Assembly: GCF_001194135.2 (NCBI RefSeq)
Contig: NC_068982.1
Span: 138,278,964-138,342,963, forward strand
Origin: Octopus bimaculoides
Lineage: Eukaryota
DNA length: 64,000 nt
Direction: 5' to 3'
Under the pieces are notes generated by a model. That model did not search any database, had not been told where the DNA came from, and saw only the letters and a program-made list of their open reading frames with translations. Both the position numbers and the translations under genes were made by a program. Shown here piece by piece: positions 62,277 to 64,000 of the stretch. Position 1 is the stretch's first letter, and each line of letters opens with the position of its first letter.

Positions 62277-64000
62277 GTATTTGTGTATCTGTGTTTGTCC
62301 TACCACATCACTTGACAACCGGTGCTTTTAAGTGGCACCTGCACTGACAGGGTATCCAAGTACTTGCAAGACAAAAAACTTTTAAGAGGGGAGGAGGCAT
62401 TGGAGGAGGTGATCTTGTGTTGGATGGTGAAAAGGTTATGTGTGTGTGTATACACTTGCCCTTTATACTCTCACATTAGTCTGTTAACCATTTCCCTAAA
62501 TGGTTCCTTAGTAATGCTTCATTACCAGAATTACCAGAGCCATAAACTTCAGAACAATCAGCAGAATGTGGTTGGCTGGTGGGGTTGTTGTTGTTGTTGT
62601 TACTGTAGCTGTTGTTATTGTTGTTATTATTATTACTATTTATGGTGTCAGTTATTATCAGAAGATATAAGTGGAAGAATAGTTCTTTTTGGTGTATCGA
62701 AGTCTTATATACATAGAATGTAGTTTGGCAGAAAATCAGTCTGTAAGAGATTTATTGCTGTCTCACCAAGCTGAGATGGCAGTCACTCCTCTGGTTCATA
62801 TCGATGCTTGGAGTTAACGAGATGGGAAATCATCTTCTCAGATATTTGGCAAAAAATTAAAAAAATTTTGGGGAAAAATTTAGCAGAGAAGAAATCATCA
62901 TCATCATCATCATCATCATCGTTTAACGTCCGCTTTCCATGCTAGCATGGGTTGGACGATTTGACTGGGGACTGGCGAACTGGATAGCTACACCAGACTC
63001 CAATCTGATTTGGCAGAGTTTCTACAGCTGGATGCCCTTCCTAACGCCAACCACTCCGAGAGCGTAGTGGGTGCTTTTACGTGCCACCAGCACGAAGGCC
63101 AGTCAGATGGTACTGGCAACGGCCACACTCAAAATGGTGTTTTTTACGTTCCACCTGCACAGGAGCCAGTCCAGCGGCACTGGCAATGACCTCGCTTGAA
63201 CGTGTTTTCACAAGTGCTAGTAAGGTGATGCTGGTAACGATCATGCTCCCACAAATAAAAATAAAAATAAAATAAATTCTTGTATTGTTTAGCTTTCTTT
63301 TACTGGTTTCATTGATAGAGCTGTGGCCATGCTGGAACACCCCTTTTATAATTTTTTTTGTAAGATTGACTAGTTAACTTATCTTAATCAGGTACTTGTC
63401 TCATATAACTTAGGGGATATGTTATTTGAGTGTCCAATACTCTGGTATTCACTTTAAGGGGTTCTCTCCTGTAGACGTATGATGTTAAGTGCACAGACAT
63501 ATACTATAGCGCAGACAATAATCGTCTGGTATTGGCGCCGGAACTGCCAGATCATGTGATTTCAGAGTACTCTGAAAAGTCAACACTGGATGTTGATGAT
63601 GATGATGATGATGATGTCAATAATAAATTTATACTCTACAAAAGTAGAGAGTAACCCACCAAATTAATATAGAATTGTTTTTAATATAACTGGATATAAA
63701 AACAAACATTAATAATATAAAAAGCACCAATTGATCGTGGCTCTTGTGCTGGTGGCATGTAAAAAACACAATCCGAACGTAGCCGATGCCAGTACCCCCA
63801 GACTGGCTCCCGTGCCAGTGGCATGTAAAAAGCACCATCTGAATGTGGTTGATGCAAGGTCTGCCTGACTAGTTCCTGTGCTGGTGGAACGTAAAAAAGC
63901 ACCAACTAATCGTGGCTGATGCCAGTACCCCCAGACTGGCTCCCGTGTTAGTGGCACGTAAAATGCACCCACTACACTCCTGGAGTGGTTGGTGTTAGGA

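Overview
AT-rich, microsatellite-dense eukaryotic draft scaffold with N gaps. The (TA)n/(CA)n/(GAT)n load and the SINE/LINE families strongly suggest an octopus genome (inference). The main feature is a plus-strand, intron-rich TXNDC11 (EFP1) orthologue. Twelve GT-AG exons from 19359 to 44736 join in frame (2301 nt, 766 full codons). They encode a CxxS thioredoxin domain (WCTRS), a long Cys-rich middle region and a CxxC domain (WCGFC). The first coding exon and the last exon(s) could not be placed. Most of the remaining sequence is transposon-derived: three tRNA-headed SINE families, about 25 copies of an RTE-tailed element with tandem hairpin monomers, 3' remnants of RTE, CR1-like and R4/Dong-like LINEs, mariner and hAT transposase relics, and Tc1/mariner, pogo and piggyBac-type MITEs. 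The most unusual lead is a tRNA-headed (Pol III box A/B) element carrying a Penelope-type minimal hammerhead ribozyme motif, with a second copy of the motif in an inverted-tail structure. Other leads are several long intronic inverted repeats or hairpins (possible dsRNA/ADAR, miRNA or circRNA substrates), a possible cassette exon, and exon-like segments of unidentified neighbouring genes. All protein and family assignments come from manual translation and recalled consensus sequences; no database search was run.
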